Below are positions 15,801 to 30,409 of a stretch of 64,000 nucleotides of DNA, piece by piece; within the stretch, counting starts at the first letter, position 1; the number at the start of each line of letters is the position of its first letter. The stretch lies in NCBI RefSeq assembly GCF_009914755.1, contig NC_060931.1; one strand, written 5' to 3'. The notes beneath the pieces are model-generated. The model worked only from the letters and a program-made list of their open reading frames with translations. It searched no databases and was not told the DNA's origin. This DNA is from the human T2T-CHM13v2.0 reference genome, Homo sapiens. The position numbers and the translations under genes were made by a program.

Positions 15801-16160
15801 GAATGGAATGGAATGGAATAAACCTGAGTGGCATGGATTGGAGTGGAATGGAATCAACCCAAGTGGCATGGAATGGAGTGGAATGGAATGCAATGGAATG
15901 GAAAGGAATGGAATGGAAAGGAATGGAATCATCCCGAGAGGAATGGAATGGTAGGTAATGTAATGTAATGGAATGGAATGGAATGGAATGGAATGGAATG
16001 GAATGGAATGGAAAGGATTGGAAAGGAATGGAATCTACTTGAGTGGAATGGAATGGAATGGAATGGAGTTGAATGGAATGGAATGGAAGGGAATGGAATT
16101 TAATGGAATGGAATCAAAACGAGTGGAATGGAATGCAATGGAATGGAATAGAATGGAATG
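9900..16160 (+). repeat. Tandem ~3.13-kb duplication (9900-13045 / 13045-16160)
   Basis: Artefact-ORF offsets 3123-3143 (10270/13413, 10645/13783, 11340/14468, 12395/15518). Shared variants CAACGCTAG, GGACAGG and GCAACCCGCG. Confidence 0.9.
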
Positions 16161-17692
16161 GAATCAACTTAAGTGGAATGGAATGGAATGGAACGGAATG
16201 CAATGGAGTGGAGTGGAATGGAATGGATTGGAAACAAATGGAATGGAATGCAATGGAATGGAATCAAATGGAATGGAATGGGATGGAATGCAATTGAATG
16301 GAATGAACTGCAATTGAATGTAATCAACCCAAGTGGAATGGAATGGAACGGAATGGAATGGAATGGAATGGAATGGAATCAACCCGAGTGGTATGGCATG
16401 GAATGGAAAGGAATGGAATGGAATGGACTGGAATGGAATGGAATGGAATGGAATGGAATAAACCTGAGTGGAATGGAATGGAGTGGAATGTAATGTAAAG
16501 GAATGAACAAGAGTGGAATGGCATGGAATGGAATGGAATGGAAGAGTGGAATGGAATCAACCCATGTGAAATGTAAAGGAATGTACTGGAATGAAATGAA
16601 ATCAACTCGAGTGGAATGGAGTGGAATTGAATGGAATCAACCACAGGCGAATGGAATGGAATTGAATGGAATGGAATGGAATGGAATCAAACCGAGTGGA
16701 AAGGAATGGAATGGAATGGAATGGAATGGAATGGAATGGAATGGAATCAACTCGTGTCGAATGGAATGGAAAGGAATGGAATGGAATTGAATCAACTGGT
16801 GTGGAATGGAATGGAATGGAATGGAATGGAATCAACCCGAGTGGAATGGAATGGAATGAATTGGAATGGAATGGAATCAACCAGAGTCGAATGGATTGGA
16901 ATTGAATGGAATGGATTGCAAAAAAACCGAGTGTAACGGAATGGAATGCATTGGAATGGAATGGAAAGGAATCAACCCGTGCGGCATGGAATGGAATGGA
17001 ATGGAATGGAATCAACCCGAGTGCAATGGAATGGAATGGAATGGAATCAACCACAGTTGAATGGAATGGAATATAATGGAATGGAATGGTAAGGAATGGA
17101 AAGGAATGAAATTGAGTGAACCCGAGTGGAAAGGAATGGAATCAAATGGAATGGAATGGAAAATATTGGAATGGAGTGGAATGGAATGGAATGGAATGGA
17201 ATGGAATGGAAAGGAGTGGAATGGAATGGAATGGAATGGAATGGAGTGGAATGGAATGGAATGGAATCAACCCGAGTGGAATGGAATGGAATGGATTGGA
17301 TTGGAATGGAATGGAATGGAATGGAATGCAATGGATTGGAATGCAATTGAATCATCCCGAGTGGAATGGAATGGAATGGAATGGCATGGAATGGAAAGGT
17401 TTGGAATGGAATAGAATGGAATGGAATCAACGCGAGTGGAATGGAATGGAAGGGATTGGAACGGAATGGAATGGAATCTACCAGAGTTGAATGGAATGGA
17501 ATGGAATGGAATGGAATGGAATGGAATCAACCTGAGGGGAGTGGAATGTAGTGGAATGGAATTTAATGGAATGGAAAAGAATCAACCCGAGTGTAATGGA
17601 ATGGAATGGAAAGGAATGCAATGGAATAGAATGGAACGCAATAGAATGGAATGGAAAGGGATGCAAGGGAATCAACCCGTGTGGAATGGAAT

Positions 17693-17780
17693 GGAACGGA
17701 TGGAAAGGTATGGAATCAACACGAGTGGAATGGAATGGAACGGATGGAAAGGTATGGAATCAACACGAGTGGAATGGAAT
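17693..17780 (+). repeat. 44-bp tandem duplication
   Basis: GGAACGGATGGAAAGGTATGGAATCAACACGAGTGGAATGGAAT at 17693 and 17737. The paralogous site near 7336 has a single copy. Confidence 0.9.
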
Positions 17781-18544
17781 GGAATGGATTGGAATGGAAT
17801 GGAATCTACCAGAGTCGAATGGATTGGAATTGAATGGAATGGAATGGAATGGATTGCAAACAAACCGAGTGGAATGGAATGGAATTGAATGGAATGGAAA
17901 GGAATCAACCCGTGTGGAATGGAATGGAATGGAATGGAATGGAATGGAATGGAATGGAATGGAATGCAATGGAATGGAATAGAATGGAATCAACCCGAGT
18001 GGAATTGAATGGAAGGGAATGGAAGCAACCCGAGTTGAATGGAATGGAATATAATGGAATGGAATGGAATGGAAAGGAATGGAATGGAATGTAATTGAAT
18101 CAAACCGAGGGGAAAGGAATGGAATCAAATGGAATGGAATGGAATGGAATGGATAGTATTGGAAAGGAGAGGAATGGAATGGAATGGAATGGATTGGAAT
18201 GGAATGGAATCAAATCAAGTGGAACGGAAAGGAATGGCATGTAACGGAATGGAATGGAAACAACAAGAGGCGAGTGGAATGGAATGGAATGGAGTGGAAT
18301 GGAATGGAATGGAGTGGAATGGAATGGAATGGAGTGGAATGGAATGGAATGGAATGGAATCAACCCGAGTGGAATGGAATGGAATGGAATGGAATGGAAT
18401 GGAATGGATTGGAATGGAATTGAATCATCCCGAGTGGAATGGAAAGGAATGGCATGGAATGGAAATGTTTAGAATGGAATAGAATGGAATGGAGTCAACG
18501 CGAGTGGAATGGAATGGGAGGGATTGGAACGGAATGGAATGGAA

Positions 18545-21500
18545 TCAACCAGAGTTGAATGGAATGGAATGGAATGGAATGGAATGGAATCAACCTGAGG
18601 GGAGTGGAATGTAGTGGAATGGAATTTAATGGAATGGAATAGAATCAACCCGAGTGTAATGGAATGGAATGGAAAGGAATGCAATGGAATAGAATGGAAC
18701 GCAATAGAATGGAATGGAAAGGGATGCAAGGGAATAAACCCGGGTGGAATGGAATGGAACGGAATGGAAAGGTATGGAATCAACACGAGTGGAATGGAAT
18801 GGAATGGATTGGAATGGAATGGAATCTACCAGAGTCGAATGGATTGGAATTGAATGGAATGGAATGGAATGGATTGCAAACAAACCGAGTGGAATGGAAT
18901 GGAATGGAATGGAATGGAAAGGAATCAACCCGTGTGGAATGGAATGGAATGGAATGGAATGGAATAGAATGGAATCAACTCGTGTGGAATGGAATGGAAG
19001 GGAATGGAAGCAACCCGAGTTGAATGGAATGGAATATAATGGAATGGAATGGAATGGAATGGAATGGAATGGAAAGGAATGGAATGGAATGTAATTGAAT
19101 CAAACCGAGGGGAAAGGAATGGAATCAAAAGGAATGGAAAGGAATGCAAAGTAAAGTATTGGAAAGGAGAGGAATGGAATGGAATGGAATGGATTGGAAT
19201 GGAATGGAATCAAATCAAGTGGAATGGTAAGGAATGGCATGTAACGGAATGGAATGGAACCAACAAGAGTCGAGTGGAATGGAATGGAATGGAGTGGAAT
19301 GGAATGGAATGGAGCGGAATGGAATGCAATGGAATGGAATCAACCTGAGTGGAATGGAATGGAATGGAATGGAATGGAATGGAATGGAATGGAATGGAAT
19401 GGGATGGTATAAACCCGAATGGAATGGGATGGAGTGGAATGTAGTGGAATGGAATGGAAAGGAATGGAATCAACTGGAATGGAATGCAATAGAATAGAAT
19501 GCAATGGAATGGAATGGAATGGAATGGAATGGAATGGAATGGAATGGAATAAAATGGATTGGAATCAACCCAAGTGGAATGGAATGGAATGGAATGCAAT
19601 GGAATGGAATGGAATGCAATGCAATGGAATGGAATGCAATGGAATGGAATGGAATGGAATGGAATGGAATGCAATTGAATGGAATGGAATAAAATGGATT
19701 GGAATCAACCCAAGTGGACTGGAATGGAATGGGATGCAATGGAATGGATTGGAATCAACCCAAGTGGAATGGAATGGAATGGAATGCAAAGGAATGGAAT
19801 GGAATGCAATGTAATGGAATGGAAGGGAATGGAATTTAAAGGAATGGAATAGAATCACCCCAAGTGGAATGGAATGGAATGGAATGGAATGCAATGAAAT
19901 GGAATACAAGGGAATGGAATGGAATGGAATGGAATCAACCCAAGTGGAATGGAATGGAATGGAATCAAACTGAGTGGCATGGATTGGAGTGGAATGGAAT
20001 CAACGCGAGTGGCATGGAATGGAGTGGAATGGAATGCAATGGAATGGAAAGGAATGGAATGGAAAGGAATGGAATCAACCCGAGAGGAATGGAATGGTAG
20101 GTAATGTAATGTAATGTAATGGAATGGAATGGAATGGATTGGAAAGGAATGGAATCTACTTGAGTGGAATGGAATGGAATGGAATGGACTTGATTGGAAT
20201 GGAATGGAAGGGAATGGAATTTAATGGAATGGAATCAAAACGAGTGGAATGGAATGCAATGGTATGGAATAGAATGGAATGGAATCAACCTAAGTGGAAT
20301 GGAATGGAATGGAACGGAATGCAATGGAGTGGAATGGAATGGAATGGATTGGAATCAAATGGAATGGAATGCAATGGAATGGAATCAAATGGAATGGAAT
20401 GGGATGGAATGTAATTCAATGGAATGAAATGCAATTGAATGTAATCAACCCAAGTGGAATGGAATGGAATGGAATGGAATGGAATGGAATCAACGCTAGT
20501 GGAATGGCATGGAATGGAAAGGAATGGAATGGAATGGAATCAACCTGAGTGGAATGGAATGGAGTGGAATGGAATGTAATGGAATGTACAAGAGTGGAAA
20601 GGCATGGAATGGAATGGAATAGAAGAGTGGAATGGAATCAACCCATGTGAAAGGTAAAGGAATGGACAGGAATGGAATGAAATCAACCCGAGTGGAATGG
20701 AGTGGAATTGAATGGAATCAACCACAGGGGAATGGAATGGAATTGAATGGAATGGAATGGAATGGAAAGGAATGGAATCAAACCGAGTGGAAAGGAATGG
20801 AATGGAATGGAATGGAATGGAATGGAATGGAATGGAATGGAAAGGAATGGAATCAACTCGTGTCGAATGGAATGGAAAGGAATGGAATGGAATTGAATCA
20901 ACTGGTGTGGAATGGAATGGAATGGAATGGAATCAACCCGAGTGGAATGGAATGGAATGAATTGGAAAGGAATGGAATCAACCAGAGTCGAATGGATTGG
21001 AATTGAATGGAATGGATTGCAAAAAATCAGAGTGTAACGGAATGGAATGCATTGGAATGGAATGGGAAGGAATCAACCCGTGTGGCATGGAATGGAATGG
21101 AATGGAATGGAATCAACCCGAGTGGAATGGAATGCAATGGAATGGAATGGAATCAACCGCAGTTGAATGGAATGGAATATAATGGAATGGAATGGTAAGG
21201 AATGGAAAGGAATGAAATTGAGTGAACCCGAGTGGAAAGGAATGGAATCAAATGGAATGGAATGGAAAATATTGGAATGGAGTGGAATGGAGTGGAATGG
21301 AATGGAATGGAATGGAATGGAATGGAATGGAATGGAATGGAGTGGAATGGAATGGAATGGAATGGAATGGAATGGAATGGAATGGAATGGAATGGAGTGG
21401 AATGGAATGGAATGGAATCAACCCGAGTGGAATGGAATGGAATGGATTGGAATGGAATGGAATGGAATGGAATGGAATGCAATGGATTGGAATGGAATTG

Positions 21501-24500
21501 AATCATCCCGAGTGGAATGGAATGGAATGGAATGGAATGGCATGGAATGGAAAGGTTTGGAATGGAATAGAATGGAATGGAATCAACGCGAGTGGAATGG
21601 AATGGAAGGGATTGGAACGGAATGGAATGGAATCTACCAGAGTTGAATGGAATGGAATGGAATGGAATGGAATCAACCTGAGGGGAGTGGAATGTAGTGG
21701 AATGGAATTTAATGGAATGGAAGAGAATCAACCCGAGTGTAATGGAATGGAATGGAAAGGAATGCAATGGAATAGAATGGAACGGAATAGAATGGAATGG
21801 AAAGGGATGCAAGGGAATCAACCCGTGTGGAATGGAATGGAACGGAATGGAAAGGTATGGAATCAACACGAGTGGAATGGAATGGAATGGATTGGAATGG
21901 AATGGAATCTACCAGAGTCGAATGGATTGGAATTGAATGGAATGGAATGGAATGGATTGCAAACAAACCGAGTGGAATGGAATGGAATGGAATGGAAAGG
22001 AATCAACCCGTGTGGAATGGAATGGAATGGAATGGAATGGAATGGAATGGAATGGAATAGAATGGAATGGAATGGAATGGAATGGAATGGAATAGAATAG
22101 AATGGAATCAACCCGAGTGGAATGGAATGGAAGGGAATGGAAGCAACCCGCGTTGAATGGAATGGAATATAATGGAATGGAATGGAATGGAAAGGAATGG
22201 AATGGAATGTAATTGAAGCAAACCGAGGGGAAAGGAATGGAATCAAATGGAATGGAATGGAATGGAATGGAATGGATATTATTGGAAAGGAGAGGAATGG
22301 AATGGAATGGAATGGATTGGAATGGAATGGAATCAAATCAAGTGGAACGGAAAGGAATGGCATGTAACGGAATGGAATGGAAACAACAAGAGGCGAGTGG
22401 AATGGAATGGAATGGAGTGGAATGGAAAGGTTTGGAATGGAATGGAATGGAATGGAATGGAATGGAATGGAATGGAATCAACTCGTGTCGAATGGAATGG
22501 AAAGAAATGGAATGGAATGGAATCAACTGGTGTGGAATGGAATGGAATGGAATGGAATGGAATCAACCCGAGTGGAATGGAATGGAATGGAGTGGAATGG
22601 AATGGAATGGAATGGGATGGTATAAACCCGAATGGAATGGAATAGAGTGCACTGTAGTGGAATGGAATGGAAAGGAATGGAATCAACTGGAATGGAATGC
22701 AATAGAATGGAATGCAATGGAATGGAATGAAATGGAATGCAATTGAATGGAATGGAGTAAAATGGAATGCAATCAATCCAAGTGGAATGGAATGGAATGG
22801 GATGGAATGAAATGGAATGGAATCAACCCAAGTGGAATGGAATGGAATGGAGTGGAATGGAATGCAATGCAATGGAATGGAAGGGAATGGAATGGAAAGG
22901 AATGGAATGGAATCAACCCAAGTGGACTGGAATGGAATGGAATGGAATGGAATGGAATGGGATGGAATGCAATGAAATGGAATAGAATGTAATGTAATGG
23001 AATGGAATGGAATCAACCCAAGTGGAATGGAATGGAATGGAATGGAATAAACCTGAGTGGCATGGATTGGAGTGGAATGGAATCAACCCAAGTGGCATGG
23101 AATGGAGTGGAATGGAATGCAATGGAATGGAAAGGAATGGAATGGAAAGGAATGGAATCATCCCGAGAGGAATGGAATGGTAGGTAATGTAATGTAATGG
23201 AATGGAATGGAATGGAATGGAATGGAATGGAATGGAATGGAATGGAATGGAAAGGATTGGAAAGGAATGGAATCTACTTGAGTGGAATGGAATGGAATGG
23301 AATGGAGTTGAATGGAATGGAATGGAAGGGAATGGAATTTAATGGAATGGAATCAAAACGAGTGGAATGGAATGCAATGGAATGGAATAGAATGGAATGG
23401 AATCAACCTAAGTGGAATGGAATGGAATGGAACGGAATGCAATGGAGTGGAATGGAATGGAATGGATTGGAATCAAATGGAATGGAATGCAATGGAATGG
23501 AATCAAATGGAATGGAATGGGATGGAATGTAATTCAATGGAATGAAATGCAATTGAATGTAATCAACCCAAGTGGAATGGAATGGTATCAACCAGAGTTG
23601 AATGGAATGGAATGGAATGGAATGGAATCAACCTGAGGGGAGTGGAATGTAGTGGAATGGAATTTAATGGAATGGAATAGAATCAACCCGAGTGTAATGG
23701 AATGGAATGGAAAGGAATGCAATGGAATAGAATGGAACGCAATAGAATGGAATGGAAAGGGATGCAAGGGAATAAACCCGGGTGGAATGGAATGGAACGG
23801 AATGGAAAGGTATGGAATCAACACGAGTGGAATGGAATGGAATGGATTGGAATGGAATGGAATCTACCAGAGTCGAATGGATTGGAAATGAATGGAATGG
23901 AATGGAATGGATTGCAAACAAACCGAGTGGAATGGAATGGAATGGAATGGAATGGAAAGGAATCAACCCGTGTGGAATGGAATGGAATGGAATGGAATGG
24001 AATAGAATGGAATCAACTCGTGTGGAATGGAATGGAAGGGAATGGAAGCAACCCGAGTTGAATGGAATGGAATATAATGGAATGGAATGGAATGGAATGG
24101 AATGGAATGGAATGGAAAGGAATGGAATGGAATGTAATTGAATCAAACCGAGGGGAAAGGAATGGAATCAAAAGGAATGGAAAGGAATGCAAAGTAAAGT
24201 ATTGGAAAGGAGAGGAATGGAATGGAATGGAATGGATTGGAATGGAATGGAATCAAATCAAGTGGAATGGTAAGGAATGGCATGTAACGGAATGGAATGG
24301 AACCAACAAGAGTCGAGTGGAATGGAATGGAATGGAGTGGAATGGAATGGAATGGAGCGGAATGGAATGCAATGGAATGGAATCAACCTGAGTGGAATGG
24401 AATGGAATGGAATGGAATGGAATGGAATGGAATGGAATGGGATGGTATAAACCCGAATGGAATGGGATGGAGTGGAATGTAGTGGAATGGAATGGAAAGG

Positions 24501-27460
24501 AATGGAATCAACTGGAATGGAATGCAATAGAATAGAATGCAATGGAATGGAATGGAATGGAATGCAATTTAATGGAATGGAATAAAATGGATTGGAATCA
24601 ACCCAAGTGGAATGGAATGGAATGGAATGCAATGGAATGGAATGGAATGCAATGCAATGGAATGGAATGCAATGGAATGGAATGGAATGGAATGGAATGG
24701 AATGCAATTGAATGGAATGGAATAAAATGGATTGGAATCAACCCAAGTGGACTGGAATGGAATGGGATGCAATGGAATGGATTGGAATCAACCCAAGTGG
24801 AATGGAATGGAATGGAATGCAAAGGAATGGAATGGAATGCAATGTAATGGAATGGAAGGGAATGGAATTTAAAGGAATGGAATAGAATCACCCCAAGTGG
24901 AATGGAATGGAATGGAATGGAATGCAATGAAATGGAATACAAGGGAATGGAATGGAATGGAATGGAATCAACCCAAGTGGAATGGAATGGAATGGAATCA
25001 AACTGAGTGGCATGGATTGGAGTGGAATGGAATCAACGCGAGTGGCATGGAATGGAGTGGAATGGAATGCAATGGAATGGAAAGGAATGGAATGGAAAGG
25101 AATGGAATCAACCCGAGAGGAATGGAATGGTAGGTAATGTAATGTAATGTAATGTAATGGAATGGAATGGATTGGAAAGGAATGGAATCTACTTGAGTGG
25201 AATGGAATGGAATGGAATGGACTTGATTGGAATGGAATGGAAGGGAATGGAATTTAATGGAATGGAATCAAAACGAGTGGAATGGAATGCAATGGTATGG
25301 AATAGAATGGAATGGAATCAACCTAAGTGGAATGGAATGGAATGGAACGGAATGCAATGGAGTGGAATGGAATGGAATGGATTGGAATCAAATGGAATGG
25401 AATGCAATGGAATGGAATCAAATGGAATGGAATGGGATGGAATGTAATTCAATGGAATGAAATGCAATTGAATGTAATCAACCCAAGTGGAATGGAATGG
25501 AATGGAATGGAATGGAATGGAATCAACGCTAGTGGAATGGCATGGAATGGAAAGGAATGGAATGGAATGGAATCAACCTGAGTGGAATGGAATGGAGTGG
25601 AATGGAATGTAATGGAATGTACAAGAGTGGAAAGGCATGGAATGGAATGGAATAGAAGAGTGGAATGGAATCAACCCATGTGAAAGGTAAAGGAATGGAC
25701 AGGAATGGAATGAAATCAACCCGAGTGGAATGGAGTGGAATTGAATGGAATCAACCACAGGGGAATGGAATGGAATTGAATGGAATGGAATGGAATGGAA
25801 AGGAATGGAATCAAACCGAGTGGAAAGGAATGGAATGGAATGGAATGGAATGGAATGGAATGGAATGGAATGGAATGGAATGGAAAGGAATGGAATCAAC
25901 TCGTGTCGAATGGAATGGAAAGGAATGGAATGGAATTGAATCAACTGGTGTGGAATGGAATGGAATGGAATGGAATCAACCCGAGTGGAATGGAATGGAA
26001 TGAATTGGAAAGGAATGGAATCAACCAGAGTCGAATGGATTGGAATTGAATGGAATGGATTGCAAAAAATCAGAGTGTAACGGAATGGAATGCATTGGAA
26101 TGGAATGGGAAGGAATCAACCCGTGTGGCATGGAATGGAATGGAATGGAATGGAATCAACCCGAGTGGAATGGAATGCAATGGAATGGAATGGAATCAAC
26201 CGCAGTTGAATGGAATGGAATATAATGGAATGGAATGGTAAGGAATGGAAAGGAATGAAATTGAGTGAACCCGAGTGGAAAGGAATGGAATCAAATGGAA
26301 TGGAATGGAAAATATTGGAATGGAGTGGAATGGAATGGAATGGAATGGAATGGAATGGAATGGAATGGAGTGGAATGGAATGGAATGGAATGGAATGGAA
26401 TGGAATGGAATGGAATGGAATGGAGTGGAATGGAATGGAATGGAATCAACCCGAGTGGAATGGAATGGAATGGATTGGAATGGAATGGAATGGAATGGAA
26501 TGGAATGGATTGGAATGGAATTGAATCATCCCGAGTGGAATGGAATGGAATGGAATGGAATGGCATGGAATGGAAAGGTTTGGAATGGAATAGAATGGAA
26601 TGGAATCAACGCGAGTGGAATGGAATGGAAGGGATTGGAACGGAATGGAATGGAATCTACCAGAGTTGAATGGAATGGAATGGAATGGAATGGAATCAAC
26701 CTGAGGGGAGTGGAATGTAGTGGAATGGAATTTAATGGAATGGAAGAGAATCAACACGAGTGTAATGGAATGGAATGGAAAGGAATGCAATGGAATAGAA
26801 TGGAACGGAATAGAATGGAATGGAAAGGGATGCAAGGGAATCAACCCGTGTGGAATGGAATGGAACAGAATGGAAAGGTATGGAATCAACACGAGTGGAA
26901 TGGAATGGAATGGATTGGAATGGAATGGAATCTACCAGAGTCGAATGGATTGGAATTGAATGGAATGGAATGGAATGGATTGCAAACAAACCGAGTGGAA
27001 TGGAATGGAATGGAATGGAAAGGAATCAACCCGTGTGGAATGGAATGGAATGGAATGGAATGGAATGGAATGGAATAGAATGGAATGGAATGGAATGGAA
27101 TGGAATGGAATAGAATAGAATGGAATCAACCCGAGTGGAATGGAATGGAAGGGAATGGAAGCAACCCGCGTTGAATGGAATGGAATATAATGGAATGGAA
27201 TGGAATGGAAAGGAATGGAATGGAATGTAATTGAAGCAAACCGAGGGGAAAGGAATGGAATCAAATGGAATGGAATGGAATGGAATAGAATGGATATTAT
27301 TGGAAAGGAGAGGAATGGAATGGAATGGAATGGATTGGAATGGAATGGAATCAAATCAAGTGGAACGGAAAGGAATGGCATGTAACGGAATGGAATGGAA
27401 ACAACAAGAGGCGAGTGGAATGGAATGGAATGGAGTGGAATGGAAAGGTTTGGAATGGAA
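18545..27460 (+). repeat. ~5.03-kb offset duplication (18545-22440 vs 23585-27460)
   Basis: TAAACCCGGGTGG at 18735 and 23773 (also 8373). ORF offsets 5018-5043 (18614/23652, 19864/24897, 20632/25665, 22182/27200). Confidence 0.88.
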
Positions 27461-30409
27461 TGGAATGGAATGGAATCAACCCGAGTGGAATGGAATGGAA
27501 TGGAATGGAATGGAATGGAATGGATTGGAATGGAATTGAATCATCCCGAGTGGAATGGAATGGAATGGCATGGAATGGAAAGGTTTGGAATGGAATAGAA
27601 TGGAATGGAATCAACGCGAGTGGAATGGAATGGAAGGGATTGGAACAGAATGGAATGGAATCAACCAGAGTTGAATGGAATGGAATGGAATGGAATGGAA
27701 TCAACCTGAGGATAGTGGAATGTAGTGGAATGTAATTTATTGGAATGGAATAGAATTAACCCGAGTGTAATGGAATGGAATGGAAAGGAATGCAATGCAA
27801 TAGAATGGAACGCAATAGAATGGAATGGAAAGAGATGCAAGGGAATCAACCCGTGTGGAATGGAATGGAACGGAATGGAAAGGTATGGAATCAACACGAG
27901 TGGAATGGAATGGAATGGATTGGAATGGAATGGAATCTACCAGAGTCGAATGGATTGGAATTGAATGGAATGGAATGGAATGGATTGCAAACAAACCGAG
28001 TGGAATGAAATGGAATGGAAAGGAATCAACCCGTGTGGAATGGAATGGAATGGAATGGAATGGAATGGAATGGAATAGAATGGAATCAACCCGAGTGGAA
28101 TGGAATGGAAGGGAATGGAAGCAACCAGAGATGAATGGAATAGAATATAATGGAATGGAATGGAATGGAATGGAATGGAATGGAATGGAATGGAAAGGAA
28201 TGGAATGGCATGTAATTGAATCAAACCGATGGGAAAGGAATGGAATCAAAAGGAATGGAAAGGAATGCAATGTAAAGTATTGGAAAGGAGAGGAATGGAA
28301 TGGAATGGAATGGATTGTAATCAACCGAAGTGGAATGGAATGGAATGGAATTCAATAGAATGGAATGGAATGCAATGCAATGGAATGGAAGGGAATGGAA
28401 TGGAAAGGAATGGAATGGAATCAACCCAAGTGGAATGGAATGGAATGGAATGGAATGCAATGAAATAGAATACAAGGGAATGGAATGGAATGGAATGGAA
28501 TCAACCCAAGTGGAATGGAATGGAATGGAATCAAACTGAGTGGCATGGATTGGAGTGGAATGGAATCAACCCGAGTGGCATGGAATGGAGTGGAATGGAA
28601 TGCAATGGAATGGAAAGGAATGGAATGGAAAGGAATGGAATCAACCCGAGAGGAATGGAATGGTAGGTAATGTAATGTAATGTATTGTAATGTAATGGAA
28701 TGGAATGGAATGGAATGGAATGGAATGGAATGGAATGGAATGGATTGGAAAGGAATGGAATCTACTTGAGTGGAATGGAATGGAATGGAATGGACTTGAT
28801 TGGAATGGAATGGAAGGGAATGGAATTTAATGGAATGGAATCAAAACGAGTGGAATGGAATGCAATCGTATGGAATAGAATGGAATGGAATCAACCTAAG
28901 TGGAATGGATTGGAAGGGAATGCAATGCAGTGCAATGGAATGGAATGGATTGGAATCAAATGCAATGGAATGCAATGGAATGGAATCAAATGGAATGGAA
29001 TGGGATGGAATGTAATTCAATGGAATGAAATGCAATTGAATGTAATCAACCCAAGTGGAATGGAATGGAATGGAATGAAATGGAATGGAATGGAATGGAA
29101 TGAAATGGAATGGAATGGAATGGAATGGAATGGAATGGAATGGAATCAACCCTAGTGGAATGGCATGGAATGGAAAGGAATGGAATGGAATGGAATGGAA
29201 TGGAATCAACCTGAGTGGAATGGAATGGAGTGGAATGGAATGTAATGGAATGTACAAGAGTGGAATGGCATGGAATGGAATGGAATGGAAGAGTGGAATG
29301 GAATCAACCTATGTGAAATGTAAAGGAATGGACTGGAATGGAATGAAATCAACCCAGTGGAATGGAGTGGAATTGAATGGAATCAACCACAGTCGAATGG
29401 AATCGAATTGAATGGAATGGAATGGAATGGAATCAAACCGAGTGGAAAGGTATGGAATGGAATGGAATGGAATGGAATGGAATGGTATGGAATTGAATGG
29501 AATCAACTCGTGTCGAATGGAATGGAAAGGAATGGAATGGAATGGAATCAAGTGGTGTGGAATGGAATGGAATGGAATGGAATGGAATGGAATGGAATGG
29601 AATGGAATGGAATGGAATGGAATCAACCCGAGTGGAATGGAATGGAATGGAATGGAATGGAATGGAATGGGATGGTATTAACCTGAATGGAATGTAATAG
29701 AGTGGACTGTAGTGGAATGGAATGGAAAGGAATGGAATCAACTGGAATGGAATGCAATAGAATGGAATGCAATGGAATGGAATGGAATGGAATGGAATGG
29801 AATGCAATTGAATGGAATGGAGTAAAATGGAATGCAATCAATCCAAGTGGAATGGAATGGAATGGGATGGAATGAAATGGAATGGAATCAACCCAAGTGG
29901 AATGGAATTAAATGGAATGGAATGGAATGGAATGGAATGGAATGGAATGGAATGGTGTGGAATGGAATGCAATGCAATGGAATGGAAGGGAATGGAATGG
30001 AAAGGAATGGAATGGAATCAACCCAAGTGGAATGGAATGGAATGGAATGCAATGGAATGGAATGGAATGGAATGGAATGGAATGGAATGGAATGGAATGG
30101 AAAGGAATGGAATGGAATGTAATTGAATCAAACCGAGGGGAAAGGAATGGAATCAAAAGGAATGGAATGGAATGGAATGGAATGGAATATTGGAAAGGAG
30201 AGGTATGGAATGGAATGGAATGGATTGGAATGGAATGGAATCAAATCAAGTGGAACGGAAAGGAATGGCATGTAACGGAATGGAATGGAAACAACAAGTG
30301 TCGAGTGGAATGGAATGGAATGGAGTGGAATGGAATGGAATGGAATGGAATCAACCCGAGTGGAATGGAATGGAAAGGAAAGGAATGGAAGGGAATGGAA
30401 TGGAATGGA

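Larger units (their letters stand above)
4870..23580 (+). repeat. Near-identical ~8.3-kb segment pair at ~10.36-kb offset (4870-13220 vs 15245-23580)
   Basis: TAGAGTGCAC at 5041/15414 and 12291/22643. CAAAAAAACCGAG at 6561/16919. Identical or near-identical artefact ORFs at offsets 10352-10372 (e.g. 6145/16503, 9492/19864, 12845/23197). Confidence 0.9.
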
